Assembly (NCBI GenBank): GCA_964583105.1 | Contig: CAZOUV010000005.1 | Coordinates: 1-53,702 of the forward strand | DNA length: 53,702 nt | Origin: an uncultured Gammaproteobacteria bacterium | GTDB taxonomy: Bacteria; Patescibacteriota; Microgenomatia; UBA8517 | Direction of reading: 5' to 3' | In this document: piece by piece, positions 25,228 through 33,031 of the stretch | How positions within the stretch are numbered: position 1 is the stretch's first letter | Layout of the letters: the number at the start of each line of letters is the position of its first letter | Notes under the pieces: model-generated | What the model was told of the DNA's origin: nothing | Database searches by the model: none | The model's input: only the letters and a program-made list of their open reading frames with translations | Made by a program: the position numbers and the translations under genes

Positions 25228-26397
25228 ATGACTAAAAAAATAATAATTATTTTAACCGTATTAATATCCATCACCTCTCTGATTTTTATTTTTATTGTTT
25301 CCAAAAAACCAACCTTAAGTTTAACAATCGAACCTCAAGGCTCAACAGTACTTATTGACGGAGCCGAAATTAAAAACAAAGCTTTAAAAATAAAAGTCGA
25401 CCAAGGTATTCACGAAATTCAAGTCGTAAAAGAAGGGTACCGTCCTTATCAGCAAGAAATAACAATTAAAGAAGATTATTCCCAAAAAATCGTTCTTATT
25501 CCAATCGATCAAGAAATAGTTAAAGAAGAACCCAAGATACTTAAAATATCACCCTATTTCGCCGAAGACTTTCGACCAATTTCTGATAAGGCTTTAATTG
25601 CTATCAACAAAAACAATTCTTATCTAGTTAAAATTACCGATTCTGGCGTAACCACTTTATACTCAAAACCTGTTTATACCTATTCCTATGTTTATCCTTT
25701 TGTGGCCCTGATAGAAAAAGGAGGGCAAGATAAAATAGTTATTATCAATATTGAAAACAACCAAACCAAAATTTATGATGCAAGGACTATCTCCCCCATT
25801 ATTTCTATAGCGCTTGAAACCGGCGCGAAAAAGATGTTTCTTTTAGGAAAACAGGATTTGTCTACCAGAACATCTGTTCTCTATACATCGCCCATTGAAG
25901 CTTTTAACCCTAACGAGATTGGATCATTTGTTGCAGATTCTCTTCACTCTTTACCGGAAAATAAAATTGTTTTTTCTCTTTCTGCCGACGCCATGGATTT
26001 AAGTAAATTTTCTGTTTATGATCTCTCAAATTCAAAATATCTATATCAAACAAAAGGAAATGGAGTTTTAATATCTCCGTCATTTTACAATTTGGTTTTT
26101 TACTCGTCCGATAATATAATTCTTTTTAATTTAGATACAACAGAAACCAAAAACCATCCTTTTTCTTTTGCAAACCAAAAAGTGTTTTGGAAAGACGATA
26201 ATACATTAGGAATTCTTAGCAACAAATATCCCGGGGTAAGCATTTCTTTAATAAATTTTGTTTCTGGATACCAAACATCAAATATCGACATACCGCAACT
26301 TAATCAGATTTCAATAAGGTTTATTCTGGGTTCCTACAACAACGTTCTTTACCTGCTCGACGCAGAAGGAAAAACTTGGTCAGTTAATCTTCCTTAA
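25228..26397 (+). CDS. PEGA-domain membrane-anchored protein with C-terminal repeat/beta-propeller-like region
   Basis: 389 aa. N-terminal TM helix, then LSLTIEPQGSTVLIDGAEIKNKALKIKVDQGIHEIQVVKEGYRPYQQEITI (PEGA). Confidence 0.75.
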   Translation: MTKKIIIILTVLISITSLIFIFIVSKKPTLSLTIEPQGSTVLIDGAEIKNKALKIKVDQGIHEIQVVKEGYRPYQQEITIKEDYSQKIVLIPIDQEIVKEEPKILKISPYFAEDFRPISDKALIAINKNNSYLVKITDSGVTTLYSKPVYTYSYVYPFVALIEKGGQDKIVIINIENNQTKIYDARTISPIISIALETGAKKMFLLGKQDLSTRTSVLYTSPIEAFNPNEIGSFVADSLHSLPENKIVFSLSADAMDLSKFSVYDLSNSKYLYQTKGNGVLISPSFYNLVFYSSDNIILFNLDTTETKNHPFSFANQKVFWKDDNTLGILSNKYPGVSISLINFVSGYQTSNIDIPQLNQISIRFILGSYNNVLYLLDAEGKTWSVNLP

Positions 26398-27500
26398 CTC
26401 TGAATTTTTACAGGCATTATCAAATGAAGGAAATCTGTGTCTTTTGGATCAGTAAATACTCCGGGAGATGCGGAATTGTTAAATTCCATTAAAACTTCTT
26501 CCCCTTCAGTTGTTTTCAAAAAGTCTTCTAAAAATTTGTAGTTAAAAGATATTTCCAATCCCTCTCCTTCAATTTTTGCATCAACTGTTGTTTCCTGACT
26601 ACCTACCTGTGAGCTTTCAGCAGTAAGCTTTATAGAATCCTTCATAATTTTGATCTTGACAATGTTTGCCGAATCCCTTGCAAATACAGATGCAAGTTTT
26701 ACCGCTCTGAGTATTTCTTCTTTATCTACTCTTACTTTTACACTTGAACCTTTAGGTATTATTTTTTCATAATCGGGAAAATCTCCTTCCAAAACCCTTG
26801 AAGAAAGAATTAGATTATCAAAACCAAAAACAACCTGTTTTTCTTTACCTTTAATATCAAGTAATGTGTTTTCATTTTCTTCCCCTATTCTTGAAACTTC
26901 CATAAGAACGTTTTTAGGAATAACAGTTTTTATTTCCTTATAAGAATTTTCCAAATGAACAATCTTTTTGGAAAGCCTAAATCCGTCTGTTGAAACTAAA
27001 GTAAGACTTTTACCTGAAAGGAGAAAATAAATCCCGGTAAGAATAGGTCTTGTTTCATCTGAAGAAGCTGCAAAAGAAACTTGAGACAAGGCTTTTAGAA
27101 ACTCTGTTTTTGAAAGATCAATCGATCCTTCTTTTTTAATAACTTGGGGAACTTTCGGAAAATCTGCAGCGTTCATTCCGGATATTTTTGCACTGAAACC
27201 TAAACTTGAAACTTTTAGATTTTCCTTTTCAGAAGAAAGATGAATATTCCCTTGTGAAAGATTGTTTACAACTTCAAATAAGTTTTTTGCAGGGATTGTC
27301 ATTTCTCCTTCCTCTTTTATTTTCGCCCCTAATGAAATTGAAGCTGAAGTTTCTAAATTGGTTGCAGAAAGTGTTAGTTTTGTTTTATCACTCTTAAGAA
27401 GAATGTTTGAAAGAACAGGAAGTTGTGCTCTTGATGCAACAAATCTTGACGTTATTGAAAGAGCCTTATTTAAATTTTCCTGCAATACTTCTAAATCCAT
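26394..27500 (-). CDS. dnaN: DNA polymerase III beta sliding clamp
   Basis: 368 aa. LNKALSITSRFVASRAQLPVLSNILLKSDKTKLTLSATNLETS is the typical clamp N-terminus. Located downstream of dnaA. Confidence 0.93.
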   Translation of the reverse strand: MDLEVLQENLNKALSITSRFVASRAQLPVLSNILLKSDKTKLTLSATNLETSASISLGAKIKEEGEMTIPAKNLFEVVNNLSQGNIHLSSEKENLKVSSLGFSAKISGMNAADFPKVPQVIKKEGSIDLSKTEFLKALSQVSFAASSDETRPILTGIYFLLSGKSLTLVSTDGFRLSKKIVHLENSYKEIKTVIPKNVLMEVSRIGEENENTLLDIKGKEKQVVFGFDNLILSSRVLEGDFPDYEKIIPKGSSVKVRVDKEEILRAVKLASVFARDSANIVKIKIMKDSIKLTAESSQVGSQETTVDAKIEGEGLEISFNYKFLEDFLKTTEGEEVLMEFNNSASPGVFTDPKDTDFLHLIMPVKIQS

Positions 27501-27540
27501 GTTTTTAGTTAGTTTCTTTAGTGTTTTTTATCTTATTTCT

Positions 27541-27729
27541 AATTAAATTTTCTCTGTTTTAACTTAACTTTATATATCATATATTAATTAGTAGTACTAG
27601 TAGTAGGCAATGTTGATAAGTGGAAAGAAAGAAGTGTTTAAATACAAGCTTCGGAAAAAATTTGTGTTAATAATAAGCCTAGTGAATTGTTGATAAATTT
27701 GTGGATAACTGTTCATACTTTGTTGATAA
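27541..27729. promoter_or_regulatory. oriC core: AT-rich DUE candidate, DnaA-trio-like TAG repeats, four co-oriented DnaA boxes
   Basis: AT-rich stretch 27541-27588. TAGTAGTACTAGTAGTAG at 27589-27606, then GCAA. Boxes: TGTTGATAA 27611-27619, TGTTGATAA 27688-27696, TGTGGATAA (exact complement of TTATCCACA) 27700-27708, TGTTGATAA 27721-27729. Confidence 0.75.
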
Positions 27730-27753
27730 GTGAATTAATCTTAAAAGATATTC

Positions 27754-29136
27754 TCAAAGCCTGTTTTTTATACCCAAAATATCCTCACGAATCTGCACAT
27801 TGGTTGAAGCAAGTTGAGTAATTTTATCAACTGCGTGCATAACTGTTGAATGATCCCTTCCCCCAATAAGCCTTCCCACCTCTTCAAATGGCATTTGAAG
27901 TTCTGTTCGAAGAAGATACATTAAAACCTGACGGGGTCTAGCAACCGGCCTTGAACGGGAGTTTCCCAACAATACCCTTTTACCTATCTGATAATACTTG
28001 GAAACACAGTCAAATATTTCCTCCGGTGTTTTTTTTGTATGTTTTCCGTTTGTTTCAACGCCTTTACCTAAAGAGTTTTCTATCAACTCACTTGTTAAGG
28101 GAACCTTTTTGATTTTTACCTGTGTTAAAAGATTTACCAAAAAGCCTTCTATTTTTCTTGCTGATTCCAGGTTTGAAGCGATCATCTGAACCTGGTCCAT
28201 TTCTAGAGTTAATTCCTTCTCCTTAGCTTTAATCTGAGTGATCGCACATCTTAACTCAAAATCGGGAGGCGCAATGTCGACAATAAGACCCGCTTCAAAT
28301 CTACTTCTTAACCTCTCTTCGAGTTTGGATATTTCGGAGGGGGGTTTATCTGAAGTTAATATTATTTGCCCTCCTGCGGAAGTAACTGCGTTGAAAGTGT
28401 GAAAAAATTCCTCCTGTACGGAATCTTTGCCTGCTATGAATTGAATATCATCGACAAGTAAAATGTCGAGCTTTCGATATTTATTTCTGAAGGCTTGGGT
28501 TGTTTTGTTTCTTATTCCCTCAACAATATCATTTGTAAAATCCTCTCCTGTACAAAAATATACTTTTGTTTGAGAATCTCTTTTTAAGACTTCGTGTGCA
28601 ACTGAAACCATTAGATGTGTTTTTCCTACTCCAACCCCTCCCCAAACAAACAAGGGGTTATAGGCTTTGCCTGGGTTTTGGGCAACGGCTTCTGCTGCAG
28701 CGTGAGCCATTTGATTTGAAGAAGAAACAGCAAAGTTTTCAAAGGTGTGCCCCGGCCTTATCCTTGCTTTAAGCAAAATATTAGTAAACTCTTCATCCAA
28801 CCTGTCTTCCCTGTTTTCTTGTCTTGTTTCAAAAAGAGGTGTGGAGAAATCCCCCTTTTTATACTCGGACGGGATTTCTTTGATAATAAACGTTAGATCA
28901 CAAGGGTTTCCCAATATTTTAGTTAAAGTATCCTGTATCAGACCAAAATATCTTGTTTCAATAGTGTTTTTTACGAAGGAAGAATTACAGCCAATTTCAA
29001 CAACGTATCTTTTCCCGGAATTCGAAAGTTCTGAAATATGAGTTTGGGAAAACCATGTAGAAAATATTGCTGAAGAAACAGAAACCTTTATTGAGTTTAG
29101 GGCGTCCTTCCAAATAGTATTTTTATCTAAATCCAT
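27754..29136 (-). CDS. dnaA: chromosomal replication initiator DnaA
   Basis: 460 aa. Walker A GGVGVGKTHL; C-terminal DNA-binding domain RPRQVLMYLLRTELQMPFEEVGRLIGGRDHSTVMHAVDKI. Confidence 0.95.
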   Translation of the reverse strand: MDLDKNTIWKDALNSIKVSVSSAIFSTWFSQTHISELSNSGKRYVVEIGCNSSFVKNTIETRYFGLIQDTLTKILGNPCDLTFIIKEIPSEYKKGDFSTPLFETRQENREDRLDEEFTNILLKARIRPGHTFENFAVSSSNQMAHAAAEAVAQNPGKAYNPLFVWGGVGVGKTHLMVSVAHEVLKRDSQTKVYFCTGEDFTNDIVEGIRNKTTQAFRNKYRKLDILLVDDIQFIAGKDSVQEEFFHTFNAVTSAGGQIILTSDKPPSEISKLEERLRSRFEAGLIVDIAPPDFELRCAITQIKAKEKELTLEMDQVQMIASNLESARKIEGFLVNLLTQVKIKKVPLTSELIENSLGKGVETNGKHTKKTPEEIFDCVSKYYQIGKRVLLGNSRSRPVARPRQVLMYLLRTELQMPFEEVGRLIGGRDHSTVMHAVDKITQLASTNVQIREDILGIKNRL

Positions 29137-29154
29137 AGAAACCTATTTACAAAG

Positions 29155-29163
29155 TTATCCACA
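29155..29163 (+). promoter_or_regulatory. consensus DnaA box upstream of dnaA
   Basis: Exact TTATCCACA, 19 nt upstream of the dnaA start codon, in the dnaA-rpmH divergent spacer. Confidence 0.6.
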
Positions 29164-29214
29164 ATTAGTCAATAGGTAATTATTAATTTAAAGTAAAAAC
29201 GGGTAACTATTTGA

Positions 29215-29244
29215 TTGCGACATTCTACTTATTGATGTTATAAT
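29215..29244 (+). promoter_or_regulatory. candidate sigma70-type promoter of rpmH-rnpA (extended -10)
   Basis: TTGCGA (29215-29220), an 18-nt spacer including TG at 29236-29237, then TATAAT (29239-29244). The ATG of rpmH is only 6 nt after the -10. Confidence 0.45.
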
Positions 29245-29250
29245 ACCTGC

Positions 29251-29391
29251 ATGTCTACAAAAAGAACATATCAACCCAGTAAGACTAAGCGGGTTAGGAC
29301 ACACGGTTTTAGATCAAGAATGAGTAATTTTAAAGGAAGACTGGTTCTTAAAAAAAGAAGAAATAAAGGAAGAAAAAAACTTAGCCTCTAA
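29251..29391 (+). CDS. rpmH: 50S ribosomal protein L34
   Basis: Below the ORF-track length cutoff. Translation [46 protein letters not shown] (46 aa) is a canonical L34. Its stop abuts the rnpA ATG. Confidence 0.93.
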   Translation: MSTKRTYQPSKTKRVRTHGFRSRMSNFKGRLVLKKRRNKGRKKLSL

Positions 29392-29736
29392 ATGCTTGCA
29401 TCAAAATATACGCTTAAAGGAACAAAAAGGTTTGAGCGGGTTGAAAAAGAAGGAAAAATAACCCAGTCGGATTCTTTTGGTATAGCAGTATTTGATAGAA
29501 AAGACTCCGATGTTTCAAATTTCGGATTTATTGTTTCCAATAAAATTTCTCCCGAATCAACCAATAGAAACAGAGTTAAAAGAGCACTAAAGGCTGCGGT
29601 CCGTTATGAATTGGGACAACTCAAAAACGGTTTGGATGTTGTTTTTCTTGCTAAGCAGAAAATATTAAGAAAATCCACAGAAGATATTATTAACGAAGTA
29701 AGGATTGCTCTCAAAGAAGCCTCCTTATATAAATAA
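29392..29736 (+). CDS. rnpA: RNase P protein component
   Basis: 114 aa, basic, with the RNR-like motif NRNRVKRALK. Conserved position after rpmH. Confidence 0.85.
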   Translation: MLASKYTLKGTKRFERVEKEGKITQSDSFGIAVFDRKDSDVSNFGFIVSNKISPESTNRNRVKRALKAAVRYELGQLKNGLDVVFLAKQKILRKSTEDIINEVRIALKEASLYK

Positions 29737-29750
29737 TTTACGAATAAAAT

Positions 29751-29939
29751 ATGTATAGAATTATTTCTAGATTTATGAGGTTTAATTTTGGTCCTGGATG
29801 TAGATACCAACCAACATGTAGCAGATATACCAAGGAGGCAATAGTAAAATATGGCGTATTTAAAGGTTTTCTTTTAGGATTTAAGAGATTTTTAAGGTGT
29901 AATCCGTGGGGTGGATCTGGTTATGATCCGGTAATATGA
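29751..29939 (+). CDS. yidD: membrane protein insertion efficiency factor YidD
   Basis: 62 aa. [19 protein letters not shown]...[13 protein letters not shown]. Confidence 0.9.
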   Translation: MYRIISRFMRFNFGPGCRYQPTCSRYTKEAIVKYGVFKGFLLGFKRFLRCNPWGGSGYDPVI

Positions 29940-30754
29940 ATACAAATATTTTCAATTTAATTCTTGTTCAACCACTTGCCAACGGCTTGATTCTTTTTTA
30001 TAAGATTCTTTGGCAGAACATGGGACTTGCAATAATAACCTTCAGTTTATTTTTAAGATTTGTTCTTAATCCCCTTACAAAACCCTACATGGCATCAATG
30101 AAAAAGATTAAAGATGCGGAACCTCAGTTAAAGAAGCTTAAAGAAAAATACAAAAACGACAAATCCGGGCTTATGAAGGCACAGGCCGATTTTTACAAAG
30201 AAAAGGGAATAAATCCCGGGGCGGGATGCCTTCCCTACTTATTGCAAATTATTGTTCTAATTGCTCTTTTTAGTGTATTTTCGAAGGTTTTAGTGGGCGG
30301 AGAAGGTGGTATGCAAACTATCAATTCGTATTTATATCAACCTCTTAAATTTAACGAAAGTGAAGTATTAACTACTCAATTCTTATATATGGATATTACC
30401 AAGCCGGATGTTTTTAAGATTCCCGGTTTTCCAATTCCAATTCCAGGACCAATACTTATTTTAGCAGCTCTATTGCAACTGGCCTCCTCGTTAATGATGG
30501 CGCCGGTTGTTAAGATAGAAGAAAAAATGGCATCCAAAACCCCAGGCAAAGAAGACGATTTACAAGCCTCAATGCAAAAATCAACGACATATATGTTTCC
30601 TGCAATGACATTAATTTTCGGAATGAGTTTTTCTTCAGGACTAGCTCTTTACTGGGCGGTTTTTTCGGCTTTTCAAGTTTGGCAGCAATATAAAACTTCC
30701 GGCTGGGGAGGTCTTTCCCCTTTCTTAAGGAAGATAAATTTGTTAAAATCGTAA
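29936..30754 (+). CDS. yidC: membrane insertase YidC/Oxa1 family (short form)
   Basis: 272 aa. [22 protein letters not shown], multiple TM helices, conserved synteny. Confidence 0.9.
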   Translation: MNTNIFNLILVQPLANGLILFYKILWQNMGLAIITFSLFLRFVLNPLTKPYMASMKKIKDAEPQLKKLKEKYKNDKSGLMKAQADFYKEKGINPGAGCLPYLLQIIVLIALFSVFSKVLVGGEGGMQTINSYLYQPLKFNESEVLTTQFLYMDITKPDVFKIPGFPIPIPGPILILAALLQLASSLMMAPVVKIEEKMASKTPGKEDDLQASMQKSTTYMFPAMTLIFGMSFSSGLALYWAVFSAFQVWQQYKTSGWGGLSPFLRKINLLKS

Positions 30755-30764
30755 ACCAAATTAA

Positions 30765-31247
30765 ATGGAGAGCAAAAACATATCTAAAGAGAAAATCGAC
30801 AAGATTGAGGCGATTGCCAAGACACTACTTAATCTTATGGGTTCTGAGGCGAAAGTTAGTGCTTCTTTCGATGAAGATTCTCAAGTGGTGATTGTTAATC
30901 TGGAATCTGAAAGCGAAACAGGCCTTCTTATAGGAAGGCAAGGCGAAACCTTGAGCGCAATCCAAACAGTAATAGCTTTAATTGCCAGAAATAGTTTTGG
31001 AGAGTGGATAAGAATTGCGGTTAATGTAGGAGACTATCAGGAAAAACAAGAATCCAGACTTAAGGAACTTGCTTTGCAGACAGCCCAAAGGGCCAAGGAA
31101 ACCAAAGAACCCCAACAACTATATAATTTGACTCCTAATCAAAGAAGAATCGTTCACCTTACCCTTTCTGAGGACAAAGAACTTGAAACTGAATCACAAG
31201 GTGAAGGAAAGGACAGATACCTTGTTGTTAAACCCAAAAGCAAATAA
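30765..31247 (+). CDS. jag: Jag/KhpB-like RNA-binding protein (KH + R3H)
   Basis: 160 aa. KH-like GLLIGRQGETLSAIQTV and R3H LTPNQRRIVHLTL. Follows yidC, as is usual. Confidence 0.85.
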   Translation: MESKNISKEKIDKIEAIAKTLLNLMGSEAKVSASFDEDSQVVIVNLESESETGLLIGRQGETLSAIQTVIALIARNSFGEWIRIAVNVGDYQEKQESRLKELALQTAQRAKETKEPQQLYNLTPNQRRIVHLTLSEDKELETESQGEGKDRYLVVKPKSK

Positions 31248-32474
31248 GTGGAGAGATTAATACTTTTTGCGCTAGTATATCTGCTACCTACCCAGCTTGC
31301 ATACCACTTTTGGCCGGATTTTTCATATATATATGGGATACGAGTAGACTATTTGTCACCCACTTTTTATCTTACAGATCTGATTTTTCTTTTTCTTCTC
31401 CCCTACCTCATAAAGGGATTTTTTAAAGACAGATTTAAAATAATCAATAAAAGAAATTGTTTTCTCTTTTTGATAACTATTGTTTTTATTGTATTAAACA
31501 TATTTTATGCACTATCCCCAATAACAGCTTTATTTAAATGGTTAACGGTTTTTAAATTAGTAACTATTGGTTATTATTTTTACTCATGCAAATTACCGGA
31601 TATTAAGAAAATTCTTTCAAGCGCTTTGATTTGTTCATTGGCTACGTTTTCTTTAATAGGGATTATTCAGTTTTTTACCCAAAAAACCTTAGGAGGAATA
31701 TTTTACTTTTTGGGAGAAAGAAGTTTTAGTTTTATTACTCCCGGAATTTCCTTAATGAATATTTTCGGAAACAAACTGATGAGGGCCTACTCAGTCTTTC
31801 CTCATCCAAACTCTTTTGCTGGATTTTTTCTTGCAGCAACCTTAATTGTTTTTGCCCTTTCTTTAGACAAAAAAGGAAACATTAAATTAGACAGGAAAGT
31901 ATTAAGGATTTTACTTCTTACTGATTTAGTGGTTTTGTTTATTACTTTATCTCTTAACGCATTATTAACAACTATCGTAGTGTTTATGGTTTATTACCTA
32001 ATAATTAGTAAACCAAATATTGTATTAAAAACAAAAATCTATTTACCAATTTTATTGTTTACAGCATCTTTGTTGTTTGCCGTCAATTCTAATTTCTTGT
32101 TCAAACACGTGCGATTAAACGAAACATATGCAGACAGACTTTCTTTAGCAAGTAAATCAATGCAGCTTTTTTCTACCAAAACAACTCTTGGTGGAGGATT
32201 AAACAATTTTTTTACCTTTTCCAAAAACACTCAACCTCCGCACAACATATATTTAATTATTTTTTCGGAGACTGGACTTGTCGGAGTAGTAATTGTTTAT
32301 TTTTTAATTACTAAACTTGTTAATAAAAACTTGAATATATACATATTTTTGTCGTTAGTTTTTGTTTTAATTTCAGGACTTTTTGATCACTACTGGTTAA
32401 CTCTTCGACAAAACCAAATTTTATTAACAATGCTTTTGGGCCTTTCTTTAAGGAGGGGCCGGGAGGAAGTATAA
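31248..32474 (+). CDS. O-antigen ligase-like (Wzy_C) polytopic membrane protein
   Basis: 408 aa, GTG start immediately after the jag stop. About 10 TM helices with a loop containing SVFPHPNSFAGF...PPHNIYLIIFSETGLVG, typical of the O-antigen ligase/polymerase family. Confidence 0.7.
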   Translation: MERLILFALVYLLPTQLAYHFWPDFSYIYGIRVDYLSPTFYLTDLIFLFLLPYLIKGFFKDRFKIINKRNCFLFLITIVFIVLNIFYALSPITALFKWLTVFKLVTIGYYFYSCKLPDIKKILSSALICSLATFSLIGIIQFFTQKTLGGIFYFLGERSFSFITPGISLMNIFGNKLMRAYSVFPHPNSFAGFFLAATLIVFALSLDKKGNIKLDRKVLRILLLTDLVVLFITLSLNALLTTIVVFMVYYLIISKPNIVLKTKIYLPILLFTASLLFAVNSNFLFKHVRLNETYADRLSLASKSMQLFSTKTTLGGGLNNFFTFSKNTQPPHNIYLIIFSETGLVGVVIVYFLITKLVNKNLNIYIFLSLVFVLISGLFDHYWLTLRQNQILLTMLLGLSLRRGREEV

Positions 32475-32483
32475 TAATTACCA

Positions 32484-32903
32484 ATGGATGATAATAAAAT
32501 TATAATATATTGTGACGGAGGCTCTCGTGGTAATCCTGGAAAATCTGCCTGCGCCTTTGTTGTTGAAATAAACGGAAAAGATATTTATTCATATGCTAAA
32601 TATTTGGGAATTGCAACCAACAATTATGCAGAATATAGTGCAGTACTTTTAGGGCTTAACTGGTTAAGTGAAAATCAGAAATATTTTAAAAGCGTTACAA
32701 CTTTTATTTTGGATTCTGAACTGGTTGTTAAACAAATAAACGGCGAATATAAAATTAAAAATTTAAAATTAAAAGAAATATATTTACAAATAAAAAATAT
32801 TTTAAAAACTTGTCCAACTAAAATTAATTTTAAAAACGTTTCCAGAGAAAAGAACACAAAACCAGATATATTATTAAACCAGAAATTAGACAGTCTTTTG
32901 TGA
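32484..32903 (+). CDS. rnhA: ribonuclease HI family protein
   Basis: 139 aa. YCDGGSRGNPGKSACAFVV, TNNYAEYSAVLLGL and DSELVVKQINGEYKIKN carry the catalytic D-E-D pattern. Confidence 0.8.
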   Translation: MDDNKIIIYCDGGSRGNPGKSACAFVVEINGKDIYSYAKYLGIATNNYAEYSAVLLGLNWLSENQKYFKSVTTFILDSELVVKQINGEYKIKNLKLKEIYLQIKNILKTCPTKINFKNVSREKNTKPDILLNQKLDSLL

Positions 32904-33031
32904 AAAGTTTCACGTCCTTGCAGGAACCTTTAAAAAATTATCACTTGAAAACATAAAAGTATCACGGGGTACATTTTAAAAACTCAAAATAAAAAATTGA
33001 AAAGATTCGGTAATTGAAATACGATTAATAA

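Noticed and set aside
9495-26397. Interpreting the T4SS-like locus as an integrative conjugative element or plasmid remnant
   Set aside because: I see no integrase, relaxase, coupling ATPase, replication or partition genes. No duplicated tRNA or tmRNA 3' segments are recognisable in the window. The flanks are core genes, including dnaN.
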